Shown: piece by piece, positions 1 to 9,910 of the stretch | How the letters are laid out: the number at the start of each line of letters is the position of its first letter | How positions within the stretch are numbered: the stretch's first letter is position 1 | Virus record (IMG/VR): IMGVR_UViG_3300043015_002761 | Span: 1 to 54,876 of that record | Source of the DNA: a virus | Taxonomy: Duplodnaviria > Caudoviricetes | Direction: 5' to 3' (one strand) | DNA length: 54,876 bases | Program-made: the position numbers and the translations under genes | The notes under the pieces: generated by a model | The model's database searches: none | What the model was told of the DNA's origin: nothing | Seen by the model: only the letters and a program-made list of their open reading frames with translations

Positions 1-1
1 G

Positions 2-3000
2 CGATTCGTCAGTTTCAGTAAATTCACTTTGGTCTATCTTAACACTCTTGAAATAGTGTTGATTTTGGATACCATAACTAATTAAAAAGAATGGTATATT
101 AAGTGTACCATCCTCAATAACATTACAAGAACTATCTTTACGTTTGTCAGTTATAAAATCTTTAGGTAATTTATCCCCTATAATATTACCATTCGCATCA
201 ACGTTAACTACAACACCGTCATCTTGATAATTAGCATTCTCACCTAAATTTAAATGTTGTGAACCTTGACCAACATAACAACATATAAATGATGGCCCAC
301 TAGTCACTTCTCCATACGCATAATCCTTATATGTATATGATTTAAATACATCAGCAACTTCTTGTACATTACTATAATTTATAAATGTAGGTAATGGTAT
401 AAAATTAAAATTATTAGCATTTAATATCGAATCAATAAAATCATAAAAACTAGTATTATAATTACCTATAATTAAGTCTTGAACAGCGAATGGGTTAAGG
501 TAGAATCTGTCACCTATTGCTAAATGGGCCCTATCAACAAACCTAAATGAATCAATAAGTCTTGTTTTAGCACCACTACCACGTTCTTGTCTAGCAATAG
601 AATCATCTAAGGAACTTACAGAACATTGGTTGATAACATTATCACCAGAATTAGCTAACCATTTGTTGTATATACTAGATATGGTTCTATATAATTGTAA
701 TTTTATTTTATCATCCGAAGTTGTATTGAATATTTGTTGTTCTAATTTATCTTCTTCATCTTCCTTCTTTTTTCTCCAATCCTCAGTTAATTTACTAAAC
801 CTAGTAAAAAAGTTTTCAACATATAATTTATAGTCATCCTTATTAACTATAATTTGTTTATATTGCTTATAATTACTACTATCATCAATATCATACCTAA
901 AAACTGTTGGATTACCATTCATTATATATTCATACCCAGATATTAAATCATTAAGTTTATTTGAACCTGGTGAACCTCTTCTGATTACTAAATTTATCTG
1001 ATATGCTCTAGGAATACCAGATGAATCTTTATTAGAGTTCCACTGATACCACGGATTATCAGAAACAGCCGCAATATTTGAGTAATTTTCAATAACTTTA
1101 TCAGAAAAAATAGCTCTAACATCTGAAACGTTTACAGCTTTAAAAAATAACGATACCTCATCTTGTTTCTTTTCATCTTTTTTTTCTTCTGGATTATATT
1201 TTACCCATTTATCAGTTTTAGTATCATATGAAGTATAATAATTTGTCCACATTGTTTTCCAAGATGAAAAATTAAATGTAACATTATCATCGTTTGGTAC
1301 TGAATATTGGATTTCAAATTCTTTTCTTATTTCTTCAAACTCATTTCTAGAAAAATGTAAGAATTTATCAATAAAAGCTTCTTTAACTTCTTTAGGTAAA
1401 CATAAAATACTTTTTTCAATGTATGAGTATGATTCTTCTGAAGGTTCATCGTCTCTATCAATATCACCTTCATCAAACATAAAATTCATCCCGAAATTAG
1501 CTTGTGACCTATTATCATAAAACAATCTTAATTCATTTGGTCTGTATGACCTATCATCAGCAGCAACACCAGAATGCCTTTCACTATAATCACACCATGG
1601 TAAAAAATCACTACCAGCAGTATTACCATCGAATCTTATTAATGATTTACTTTCTAAGAATGGGTATTTCATTCTATATAATAAACCACCTATGAAATAA
1701 ATCCACAACTTAGGTGCCTTAATAAATGAACCATGGTTTTGATAAAGACCCTTAAGTGTTTGGGTATCATCTTCCGTATAAAAATTAGTAGTAGTATCCC
1801 ATTCAAAAATATCAAATAATGATACATCTGTTGCGTCAACTTTAGATAAGTGGTCTAATTGGTCACCAATCAAACCGTTCCAAGCAAAACAATGTAAAAA
1901 TAAAAATGCTCTTGCTTGTACTGTTTCTTGTTCATAATAAAACCTACTACCGAAAAGACTAAAATAATAACTAGCATAATCCTCATGGTTAGATATACTA
2001 AACTCAACAAATGGTGTATATGTTAAATTCTTAAGTGTGCTAGAATCTTCAGTTTCACCTAATAAGTGACCAATTAATTCTCTCTGTTTACCAAAATCCT
2101 TTGGTGTTTCCCTACCACTTACATAATTACTATATATGGGGTAGAAAGCATCATCATCTGGAGCATCTTTTTCAAATTGCCAAATATTTTTATATTTTTC
2201 TTTATCCTTTAAATTATCATCAACAAAACCTAATGATAAAAATGTACCACCATTTTCCTTTTTAGAAACACTTGTATCTTGATGCCAATAAGCACATAAA
2301 ACGTTAGACGCTAATTCTGGTAAATTTTTCTTTTTAAAGTGGAAACTATCTTTATCCAAATCACCACCTAAACCATTAAAATAAATATCACTTATTTCAA
2401 GTGCTTTAGTGTTTGACTTGTATGGGTCAATATTAGTCACCCTATTTTCACTTAAATTTTTATCATAAGTTACAACTTTAAGACTAGATGATTTAATTAA
2501 TGAATCTGGTGTGTTAGCTTCGTAATCTTCTAATAAAGCACCACCGAAATCTGGATTTATACTAATACTTTCATATTCCTCTTTACTTATAATCTTAAAA
2601 TATGTATCACCATATTCATTATCAGAATAAAATTTTTCACCACTAGTAGCAGCACCTAAATAATTCCAATAGTGTGAGAATGGGTTAGTTGGTTCGTCTC
2701 TATCTGCATTAGTTCTACCATCTATAGCTTTCTTTAAAAATGGTATATTTTGATATGCGTTATTTATGTTACTTACAAAATGAGTATTATCAGTTATCCT
2801 TTCACTTATTATTTCTGGTTTTAACATTTTTCCGTCACTATCAAAAAATACTTTACCATCAAAATTACTACTAATAGGTAAAATTTTTCTACTATCATTT
2901 GATGGGTCAAAAATATAATTATACCTATAAGTGTTACTACCATTATCAGCTAATAATGATTTTTTCTTACCTTGTGGATTACTTATATCTTTTTCGTCAT

Positions 3001-5143
3001 AACCCTTTAACCACTCACCTATTAATTTATCAGCACCAGTAGAACTACTTTCTTTTGAATATTCATTAATACTATTAATTAAATCCCTAACTTTTGGTTT
3101 ATTAGTCATACCTAATAAAACTGAAAAAACATTTTCAGCTTCTAATGCACCCATATATTTTATAACACCTTCCTCTAATCTCACACCATTCCTTATAGAT
3201 ACACCTAAACCTAAGAAACCTCTCATTAATAAACATCTAGTTATTTCTTGTGGGGTGTTTCTAGAATTTTCCCCATTTAGCGCAGCATCATAAGGGTTAA
3301 TTGTAATTAAATTTGGATTAGATAGATATGTATCCAATGGTGATACTGGGTAATATTGTGGTCCTTTAACACCTTCTTTTTCAGCAATTAATTTATTATC
3401 ATCCCTAGCTAATTCTAATAATTCCTTTAATAAATTTTCAATAAACACAACTTCATTAACAGAACCTCTAACATATCCATTAGCAGAACCTATCCAAGAT
3501 TCTTCTAAAAAAGTTTCACCACTTTCTTCATCAATATTTTCTTTTCTAAATTCTGGCCAAGCCCATATTTCATCACCAACAACATCATAATCACCAGTTA
3601 TATTTTTTAAGGTTTCTTTTCTGTTAATATTTGTATCTTTTTCAGCTTCTTTAGCAACGCTTGAGATAGTCTCTAATAAAACTTCACAATGTGCACATAA
3701 CATTCTAAATACACTTTTAATCGTAGGGTCAAAACCTAATTCTTCTTTAGTTACCTTAGCTAATTTTGCACCTAATTTCTCCCTTACTACCTTATCATTT
3801 TCTTTTATTTTATCAATAATTCTACCTAACTCAAAATTAGGTGTTCTAAAATCAAAAATAATAATTTCAGTATCACCGTTACCGTTAGGTTTATTAATAA
3901 TAATCTGTCTAGCTAATTCAATAGCCTTTTTATGTTTATCAACATTAACATTATTATCATTATCCAATGTATAGTTACTACTATTTTTATCTATAATAAT
4001 TTTTTGTAATGAATCTTCATCAGTTATTTCAGATAATTTTAATGGGTTTAATTGAACGTAGCTTTTTAAATTATCAGATTTAAACCTTAAATCTTGATTT
4101 GCTATTTTACTATTCAAACCTTTATCACCATCAACTTCTTTTTCAATTTTAGAAATATATTTATCAATATTTTTTTGTATTGAATCATCTTTTAACCTAG
4201 TTAATGGTATACCTAAAACACCATTTCTATTATTAAAATAATCATCACCATCACCAACTATTTCATTCATTAATTCATTAAAATAAGTTTGGATTACCTC
4301 ATGAACTTCTCTAGATTCTTTACTAACATTTAATTCTTTTACGTCAGCATCATCTTGAGTTAATTTTTCAAATTCATCACCAACATTTTGTAAATCTTTT
4401 ATAAAATCATCAATACTCTTAAGTGTTATACCAGCTTTAGAGTATTCTTCAACAATAGCTTCCCAGTGTGGTTTACCTTCTGGTGTTTTAATAACAGCTC
4501 TAATAAGACCTAAAAGCATGTCTGTTAATAAAGCATAGGTAAACCCAATAAATTCAGCATTTATTTCAAAATTACCAGTTTCAGAATTGAATGCTGCATT
4601 CCACTTCATTAAGTGTAAACAATAAGTTACTGGTTTACCATAAAAACCCTTAATAGTTAATGAAAAAATAGGGTATGGTAATTCAAAGAAAACTGAATAC
4701 TTAGATTCATTACCTTGTGTAAGAATTGCATTACCTCTAACATCAATAAATTTAATCTTAATATTTGGCGCATAATCAGTACCAAATGAAATTTCAATAT
4801 TTTCAATACCAAGACTTTCTTTATCTCTATCTGGGTCCATTTTATCAAATGTACCAGTAGCTTCAGTATAACTAGTAGTTAAATTGTAAACACCTTTACC
4901 TTCATCATCAACATTTGTTTTAGTACCACCAATAAATTTAATAATTTTACTACCATCTTTTTGACTATTAAGTATTTGACCTTGACCACTACTTTTAGCA
5001 ATTAAAGCACTTCTACTTTTAGAACTAGTCTCCAACTCAACAATGATGTTTAAGTCTTCGTTGGGTTTAATTTTATTTTCAGCTGGATTCGGTTCTATTA
5101 CAAATAACCTATTGTTTGGAATTCCTTCTCTCTTCTTATCCAT
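2..5143 (-). CDS. Very large virion protein, probable baseplate hub; 3' end lies outside the window (>=1714 aa)
   Basis: Absent from the ORF track because it runs off the left edge. ATG at 5143 overlaps the stop of the LysM gene. Translates MDKKREGIPNNRLFVIEPNP...LGIENIEISFGTDYAPNIKIKFIDVRGN...FFELPYPIFSLTIKGFYGKPVTYCLHL and the same frame reads ...PFFLISYGIQNQHYFKSVKIDQSEFTETDES at the edge. Its position after tube initiator and LysM matches the hub slot of contractile baseplates. The middle was not checked codon by codon. Confidence 0.7.
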   Translation of the reverse strand, partial: MDKKREGIPNNRLFVIEPNPAENKIKPNEDLNIIVELETSSKSRSALIAKSSGQGQILNSQKDGSKIIKFIGGTKTNVDDEGKGVYNLTTSYTEATGTFDKMDPDRDKESLGIENIEISFGTDYAPNIKIKFIDVRGNAILTQGNESKYSVFFELPYPIFSLTIKGFYGKPVTYCLHLMKWNAAFNSETGNFEINAEFIGFTYALLTDMLLGLIRAVIKTPEGKPHWEAIVEEYSKAGITLKSIDDFIKDLQNVGDEFEKLTQDDADVKELNVSKESREVHEVIQTYFNELMNEIVGDGDDYFNNRNGVLGIPLTRLKDDSIQKNIDKYISKIEKEVDGDKGLNSKIANQDLRFKSDNLKSYVQLNPLKLSEITDEDSLQKIIIDKNSSNYTLDNDNNVNVDKHKKAIELARQIIINKPNGNGDTEIIIFDFRTPNFELGRIIDKIKENDKVVREKLGAKLAKVTKEELGFDPTIKSVFRMLCAHCEVLLETISSVAKEAEKDTNINRKETLKNITGDYDVVGDEIWAWPEFRKENIDEESGETFLEESWIGSANGYVRGSVNEVVFIENLLKELLELARDDNKLIAEKEGVKGPQYYPVSPLDTYLSNPNLITINPYDAALNGENSRNTPQEITRCLLMRGFLGLGVSIRNGVRLEEGVIKYMGALEAENVFSVLLGMTNKPKVRDLINSINEYSKESSSTGADKLIGEWLKGYDEKDISNPQGKKKSLLADNGSNTYRYNYIFDPSNDSRKILPISSNFDGKVFFDSDGKMLKPEIISERITDNTHFVSNINNAYQNIPFLKKAIDGRTNADRDEPTNPFSHYWNYLGAATSGEKFYSDNEYGDTYFKIISKEEYESISINPDFGGALLEDYEANTPDSLIKSSSLKVVTYDKNLSENRVTNIDPYKSNTKALEISDIYFNGLGGDLDKDSFHFKKKNLPELASNVLCAYWHQDTSVSKKENGGTFLSLGFVDDNLKDKEKYKNIWQFEKDAPDDDAFYPIYSNYVSGRETPKDFGKQRELIGHLLGETEDSSTLKNLTYTPFVEFSISNHEDYASYYFSLFGSRFYYEQETVQARAFLFLHCFAWNGLIGDQLDHLSKVDATDVSLFDIFEWDTTTNFYTEDDTQTLKGLYQNHGSFIKAPKLWIYFIGGLLYRMKYPFLESKSLIRFDGNTAGSDFLPWCDYSERHSGVAADDRSYRPNELRLFYDNRSQANFGMNFMFDEGDIDRDDEPSEESYSYIEKSILCLPKEVKEAFIDKFLHFSRNEFEEIRKEFEIQYSVPNDDNVTFNFSSWKTMWTNYYTSYDTKTDKWVKYNPEEKKDEKKQDEVSLFFKAVNVSDVRAIFSDKVIENYSNIAAVSDNPWYQWNSNKDSSGIPRAYQINLVIRRGSPGSNKLNDLISGYEYIMNGNPTVFRYDIDDSSNYKQYKQIIVNKDDYKLYVENFFTRFSKLTEDWRKKKEDEEDKLEQQIFNTTSDDKIKLQLYRTISSIYNKWLANSGDNVINQCSVSSLDDSIARQERGSGAKTRLIDSFRFVDRAHLAIGDRFYLNPFAVQDLIIGNYNTSFYDFIDSILNANNFNFIPLPTFINYSNVQEVADVFKSYTYKDYAYGEVTSGPSFICCYVGQGSQHLNLGENANYQDDGVVVNVDANGNIIGDKLPKDFITDKRKDSSCNVIEDGTLNIPFFLISYGIQNQHYFKSVKIDQSEFTETDES

Positions 5144-5462
5144 TATTATCGTATAACTGTTTATATATATTTACTGAATTTAAATATCTTTCTATTGCAG
5201 AATTAAAAGGATGTGGTATTCTAATCACATCATTATTTTTAATATTAAATTCTAAACCACCATATTGTGGATTTGCTAACATAATTAAAAACCCATGGTA
5301 TGGATTATTATAATACTTTTGACTCAAAATGTCAAGTCTTGTTTCACCTAATTTATAAACAACTGACTTATCAGTGTCAGAAACTGGTATCTTTATACCT
5401 GGAATTGGTTTTACTTCACCATTCTTTGTAAACTTTTCGTATCTATTGAAATATTGTCCCAT
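5136..5462 (-). CDS. LysM / tail-X-like baseplate wedge protein
   Basis: 108 aa with VVYKLGETRLDILSQKYYNNPYHGFLIMLANPQ...NDVIRIP, the LysM-like pattern of P2 gpX / T4 gp53-type wedge proteins; typical position downstream of tape measure and initiator. Confidence 0.8.
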   Translation of the reverse strand: MGQYFNRYEKFTKNGEVKPIPGIKIPVSDTDKSVVYKLGETRLDILSQKYYNNPYHGFLIMLANPQYGGLEFNIKNNDVIRIPHPFNSAIERYLNSVNIYKQLYDNNG

Positions 5463-5468
5463 AACTCA

Positions 5469-8400
5469 TTAACATATTAAACATTCAATTTTATTTTGTG
5501 TGGCCATATATAAATTAGGTGCTATACTCCATCTATATACATCAATTTCTCCTTCAAATTCTTCATCACATTCATATAAGAATGTTCTTCCACTATCATA
5601 TTTAATTTTTGTTATTGTTTCTTCACCACCCTTAAAGAACTTAACAGCAAATAAAATAGAAGGTATTTTTAATGTTTCAGTACTAGCACTATAACATGCT
5701 AAACTTGATGGTTGACCTTCTCTTTGATATATACTTTGTAATGTATCACTAGTATCATAATTTTCTGAAATAGAACTAAGGTCACTTCTAGTTAATTCTG
5801 TAGTAACTACTAATCTACCACTATCAGATATATCCTCAATCCAATCAATAGCATCAGTTTTAAGAGATGTAAAGCCTAAATTACCAGCTACACCAAAATT
5901 ATAACCCCATCCTTCACCTAAACCAGATAAATCTGTAGCAACAAATTCAACAAAACCATCATCATTAGTAGTGAAGTTAACAATTGCATTTTCTAATGTT
6001 TTAACATCTGCACTTTTTTCTGGTTCTTGAGTGTTTTCTGGTTTATTAGCTTCATCATTAGCTTGAGCTTCTTGGTCTGTTACCACTGGTGTAGTATTAC
6101 CAACATTAGCGCCAGATTTATCAGATGAATCTGGTTGACTGTTTTTAGTTACTGGGTATTCACCTGGTTGTAATTCAGCCGAACTATTAGGTTTTTCTGA
6201 AATTTTAATCCTATCAGCTCTTGAATCATAAATCTCTGTATTCGCAAAGAAGTTATATGATAACGCATTTTGTAATTTATTAATCGGACCATTAAGACTT
6301 GAACCACCAATAAATGAAAAGTTAATACTTACATTAGCAATCATTGGTTGTACACCAACACCTTCTGGGTTTAAATCCCATACAAGTGGGTCATAATCAA
6401 TTGTAAGACTATCAATAACAATCTTAGTATGGTAGAAATCACCAATTCTAAGAATACACACTGGTGGTCTACCAAAAGCTAAGTTGTTAGGATTACCATC
6501 ATTATTGTAAGTAGGTCCTTGTCTAGTACACTGATGAAGGAAATTAAGTCTTGAATTAAACCCTTCTGGTGTGATACTATGGAATGCTGGGTGGAAATAT
6601 TTTATTTTTTCAGAAATATCATTGAATATAAAAGATGAACCATTATTATCACCAACAGCGGCTTTTAATTTTTCAAAATAATTACATTCACTAAAAAATC
6701 TACTTGTTGGGATTGTAACATTGTTAACCCCTACACTACCATCTGGGTCTTGAGTTCTATTATCTGGTTCAGCTTCAGATTTTAATTTTGGGTCGTATTC
6801 TATAACAACTTCAACATATCTAGCTTGTTTACAACCAAGCCTATCTTGACCATTTTCACCAGAACATCCATCACCAACACTAACTGTACCACCACCACTA
6901 ACAGTGTACCTTCTATTTTCTAATTCATCTTGAAATACTGTACCACCAGCTGGTGTTACGGTCACTTCACTCATAACTTCATTCTTAAACCATTTAGCAA
7001 CATTTGTAGCTCTTCGTTCCGATAATTTTTGATTATTAGAATTATTGGTACTACTACTAGCGGCTTGATTACCTTGAGTACTAGCGTAACCAGTTATCTT
7101 AACTCTACAATACTTACATTTTTCTAACATAAATGTATTCAGTTCTGGGTAGAAATTATTATCTTCAATCCAACCTTCAGTGGTTTCACCATCAATAATA
7201 ATTGGTTGTCCCCAACCATTAAGTCCAAAATTAGTATTATTAGGATATATAAACCTACCACCACCCACAGTACCATCACCAATAGTTGTACCAGTTTGAC
7301 TAGTCATAGCACTTAATGGTAATTTATTACCTAAACTATCTAACCCATTTTCATAAGTTATTGGTACACTAGCTTCATCATTTGGAAAATAAATTTTAAA
7401 ACTAACTGTTGGTGGTATCTGGTCATCAACACTTTCTTTAACTTGAGTATTTTCAGCTACCTCTTGTGCGTTCTTTTCTTCTTGAGTCATCACAGCATTC
7501 CTAATACCATCGTCTTCAAGACAACCAGCAAAGAAAGAAGCAATCTCTTCTTGTTTCCAATCAGATGGAAAATAATTCATGTAATTAGGATGGTCAATAA
7601 TGATTTTCCAAGAAAGTGTACCAGTTCTTTCAGTATTATTGTATGTATGGATAGGTTCACCTCTACCTATGAAATTATTTTTATCCCAATTAACACTAAC
7701 ACTTTCGTTAAATGATATTTCATATGGTGGAAACCACATAATACGACCCTTATGACCACTAAGTGGGTCACCAGGTCCAATTTCACAAGGTAAAAGTTTA
7801 GTTGTTTCATCAACCCAAGCTAAATTCTCAATACTAAACATAAATCTCTTTATACCTTCATCATCATTTCTATAAGGTGCAATTCTAACAAAGCCAGTAT
7901 CTTCTAACACTGAAGATTTAACATTAGTCTTAGGGTTTCTATTATAACCGTCACCTTCTTTTAATGAAGAATGTCTAACTAAATCACCAACTTCATCATA
8001 CTTATCAAATGTTGTCCAAGTTCTACAGAATACTTCACTTGGGTCAGTAGGTGCTTGGTCCTCTGAAACTAAATTAAACATTTTACTTGATAATACACCA
8101 GAACCCTTAGATATTAATCCAGCACCTAATTTACCATCAGCTCTAACTGCGCTTTGTATACCACTATTCTTAGCTCTACCACCATGTGATAACACAGTTC
8201 TCATTTTATCAGATTTAAATAATTCTTTTGTTTTATAAAGAATACTTTTTTTCTTTTTAATATCATCACTACCAAAAAGTTTTTCTTGATAGTCTTCACC
8301 AAGTTTACTTTTAGGTTCTTTATTATCATAGTTATCACCCCAAATGAAATTATAACCACCAGCACCTTTCCATTGAATTAAATCATAATTAAATTCATTA

Positions 8401-9614
8401 CCTTCTTCATCAGTAACTTTATTATAATTACTTTGAGATACTGGATTACTTTCTAATCCATTGATTAAATCAACAATATTTCCATCAACAGTACCATAAG
8501 CATAAATATTTGGGTTTATGCCATCCTCTGTATTTGCACCCTTACTAATCCTAGAATCATTATAACCTGGCGCATAACCTTGTCTAAGATTATTAGGTTC
8601 AGCATCATTTACTCTTGTATTTTCATTAATATTTGCGAATAAAGAAAGAATTTGACCTTTACCAGTATTCTTAATCATTTCATTAGCTCTCTCAATATTT
8701 GATACTGGAAAATCAACATTAAATATTGAAGATGATTTTTCTAATAATGAAACTGGTACTTGAAAACCAGACATTCTTTCAACTAAATCAATAGCTGTAC
8801 CAAGAGTACCCTTAGCAACTGTTACTTTATAGTTTGGTACTATAAAATTACCACCAGTTAAAAGACTTCTAATATTGGTGTTAACCCTACCAATCGTTTC
8901 TTCTTGTAGGTTAAAAGCAATATTATTACCGATAGCAGCTGCTAAATAACCAACACTCTCTCTCCCAAGTCTAGTGTCGTTAATAGCACCAGTAGCTGTA
9001 AGAACCCTACCAGCTAATGAACTTCTTACATCAAAATCAGTTGCTATACCACCATTTGGGTTAAAACCAACACTACCACCCAAAATACTACCAATAACAT
9101 CTAATGGTTGAGTTGAAGGTCCACCAACATTAAGGTTATTGTTTTCATCTAAATAAGCACCTAATTGGTACGAAGGTTTTTTATATTTAATTTCAGTGAT
9201 GGTTTGTTGGTTAGCATCTAAGTAAAAGTTTTTAGTTGTACCAAATTTTAAATTTCCCTTATTGGCTTCAAGTAATTCTGCTGCATCAATAGAATAAGGT
9301 TCATTATTCCATGAATTACCAGCAATAGTTGAATTTGTATTACCTGGAAGGAAATTTACTGATACTGTATAATAATCATCATCAGTACCTTGATACTTAT
9401 TTAAAACAGTATTTAAATCTTTATAATAAACACCATCAATTTGAATATCAACAGAAGGCTGTACAGCTATTGGTTGGGTACTAACCTCAGCTGGTATACC
9501 TATACCTTGTAAAAGAGGTTCTAAACCATTATTTTGAATAGTATCTGTTATTAAGTTTTTATTTAATAACCAATCTCTAAAATCTGGTGATAATGTATTT
9601 ATTCCGTTTGGCAT
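5469..9614 (-). CDS. Baseplate / tail-tube initiator-like protein (gp48/gp54-type) with inserted OmpA-like domain
   Basis: 1381 aa. Tube-fold halves WFPPYEISFNESVSVNWDKNNFIGRGEPIHTYNNTERTGTLSWKII and PPVCILRIGDFYHTKIVIDSLTIDYD...PMIANVSINFSFIG flank an OmpA-C-like segment IYFPND...ITGYAS...NQKLSERRATNVAKWF...RYVEV. Confidence 0.65.
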   Translation of the reverse strand: MPNGINTLSPDFRDWLLNKNLITDTIQNNGLEPLLQGIGIPAEVSTQPIAVQPSVDIQIDGVYYKDLNTVLNKYQGTDDDYYTVSVNFLPGNTNSTIAGNSWNNEPYSIDAAELLEANKGNLKFGTTKNFYLDANQQTITEIKYKKPSYQLGAYLDENNNLNVGGPSTQPLDVIGSILGGSVGFNPNGGIATDFDVRSSLAGRVLTATGAINDTRLGRESVGYLAAAIGNNIAFNLQEETIGRVNTNIRSLLTGGNFIVPNYKVTVAKGTLGTAIDLVERMSGFQVPVSLLEKSSSIFNVDFPVSNIERANEMIKNTGKGQILSLFANINENTRVNDAEPNNLRQGYAPGYNDSRISKGANTEDGINPNIYAYGTVDGNIVDLINGLESNPVSQSNYNKVTDEEGNEFNYDLIQWKGAGGYNFIWGDNYDNKEPKSKLGEDYQEKLFGSDDIKKKKSILYKTKELFKSDKMRTVLSHGGRAKNSGIQSAVRADGKLGAGLISKGSGVLSSKMFNLVSEDQAPTDPSEVFCRTWTTFDKYDEVGDLVRHSSLKEGDGYNRNPKTNVKSSVLEDTGFVRIAPYRNDDEGIKRFMFSIENLAWVDETTKLLPCEIGPGDPLSGHKGRIMWFPPYEISFNESVSVNWDKNNFIGRGEPIHTYNNTERTGTLSWKIIIDHPNYMNYFPSDWKQEEIASFFAGCLEDDGIRNAVMTQEEKNAQEVAENTQVKESVDDQIPPTVSFKIYFPNDEASVPITYENGLDSLGNKLPLSAMTSQTGTTIGDGTVGGGRFIYPNNTNFGLNGWGQPIIIDGETTEGWIEDNNFYPELNTFMLEKCKYCRVKITGYASTQGNQAASSSTNNSNNQKLSERRATNVAKWFKNEVMSEVTVTPAGGTVFQDELENRRYTVSGGGTVSVGDGCSGENGQDRLGCKQARYVEVVIEYDPKLKSEAEPDNRTQDPDGSVGVNNVTIPTSRFFSECNYFEKLKAAVGDNNGSSFIFNDISEKIKYFHPAFHSITPEGFNSRLNFLHQCTRQGPTYNNDGNPNNLAFGRPPVCILRIGDFYHTKIVIDSLTIDYDPLVWDLNPEGVGVQPMIANVSINFSFIGGSSLNGPINKLQNALSYNFFANTEIYDSRADRIKISEKPNSSAELQPGEYPVTKNSQPDSSDKSGANVGNTTPVVTDQEAQANDEANKPENTQEPEKSADVKTLENAIVNFTTNDDGFVEFVATDLSGLGEGWGYNFGVAGNLGFTSLKTDAIDWIEDISDSGRLVVTTELTRSDLSSISENYDTSDTLQSIYQREGQPSSLACYSASTETLKIPSILFAVKFFKGGEETITKIKYDSGRTFLYECDEEFEGEIDVYRWSIAPNLYMATQNKIECLIC

Positions 9615-9630
9615 AATTATTCTTTTTATT

Positions 9631-9637
9631 ATAAATA
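9631..9637 (-). promoter_or_regulatory. Putative late promoter TATTTAT
   Basis: Minus strand TAGTATTTATAATAAAAAGAATAATTATG; the same heptamer precedes most structural transcription units. Confidence 0.65.
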
Positions 9638-9654
9638 CTATGCTAACTAAATTT

Positions 9655-9846
9655 TTATTAAAATAAATACTATAGTTAATTAATTTAAATAAATAATAAA
9701 CAATTAAATGTAAGATAAATAATAATTCTTTATTATATAATAAATTATATTATTTAATTATTATATCATTTAATTATATATTATTTAATTATTATTATAT
9801 ATTATTAATTATATATATATTATTATAATATTATATTACTATAATA
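9655..9846. repeat. Extremely AT-rich low-complexity intergenic tract (candidate DNA-unwinding element)
   Basis: 9729-9838 contains a single G/C base; short repeats such as TATATTATTTAATTATTAT occur twice. Confidence 0.8.
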
Positions 9847-9880
9847 CAAAAAAACTACTTTTAGATTAAAAAATCAAGTT
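9846..9880 (-). promoter_or_regulatory. Putative host-sigma-type promoter AACTTG-N17-TAGTTNNTTTGT pointing into the AT tract
   Basis: Minus strand AACTTG ATTTTTTAATCTAAAAG TAG TTTTTTTG T; identical architecture to the two elements upstream of the DNA polymerase; resembles the Bacteroidota -33 TTG / -7 TAnnTTTG promoter. Confidence 0.5.
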
Positions 9881-9910
9881 TTAAACCAACTTTTTTTAAA
9901 ATATTTTTTT

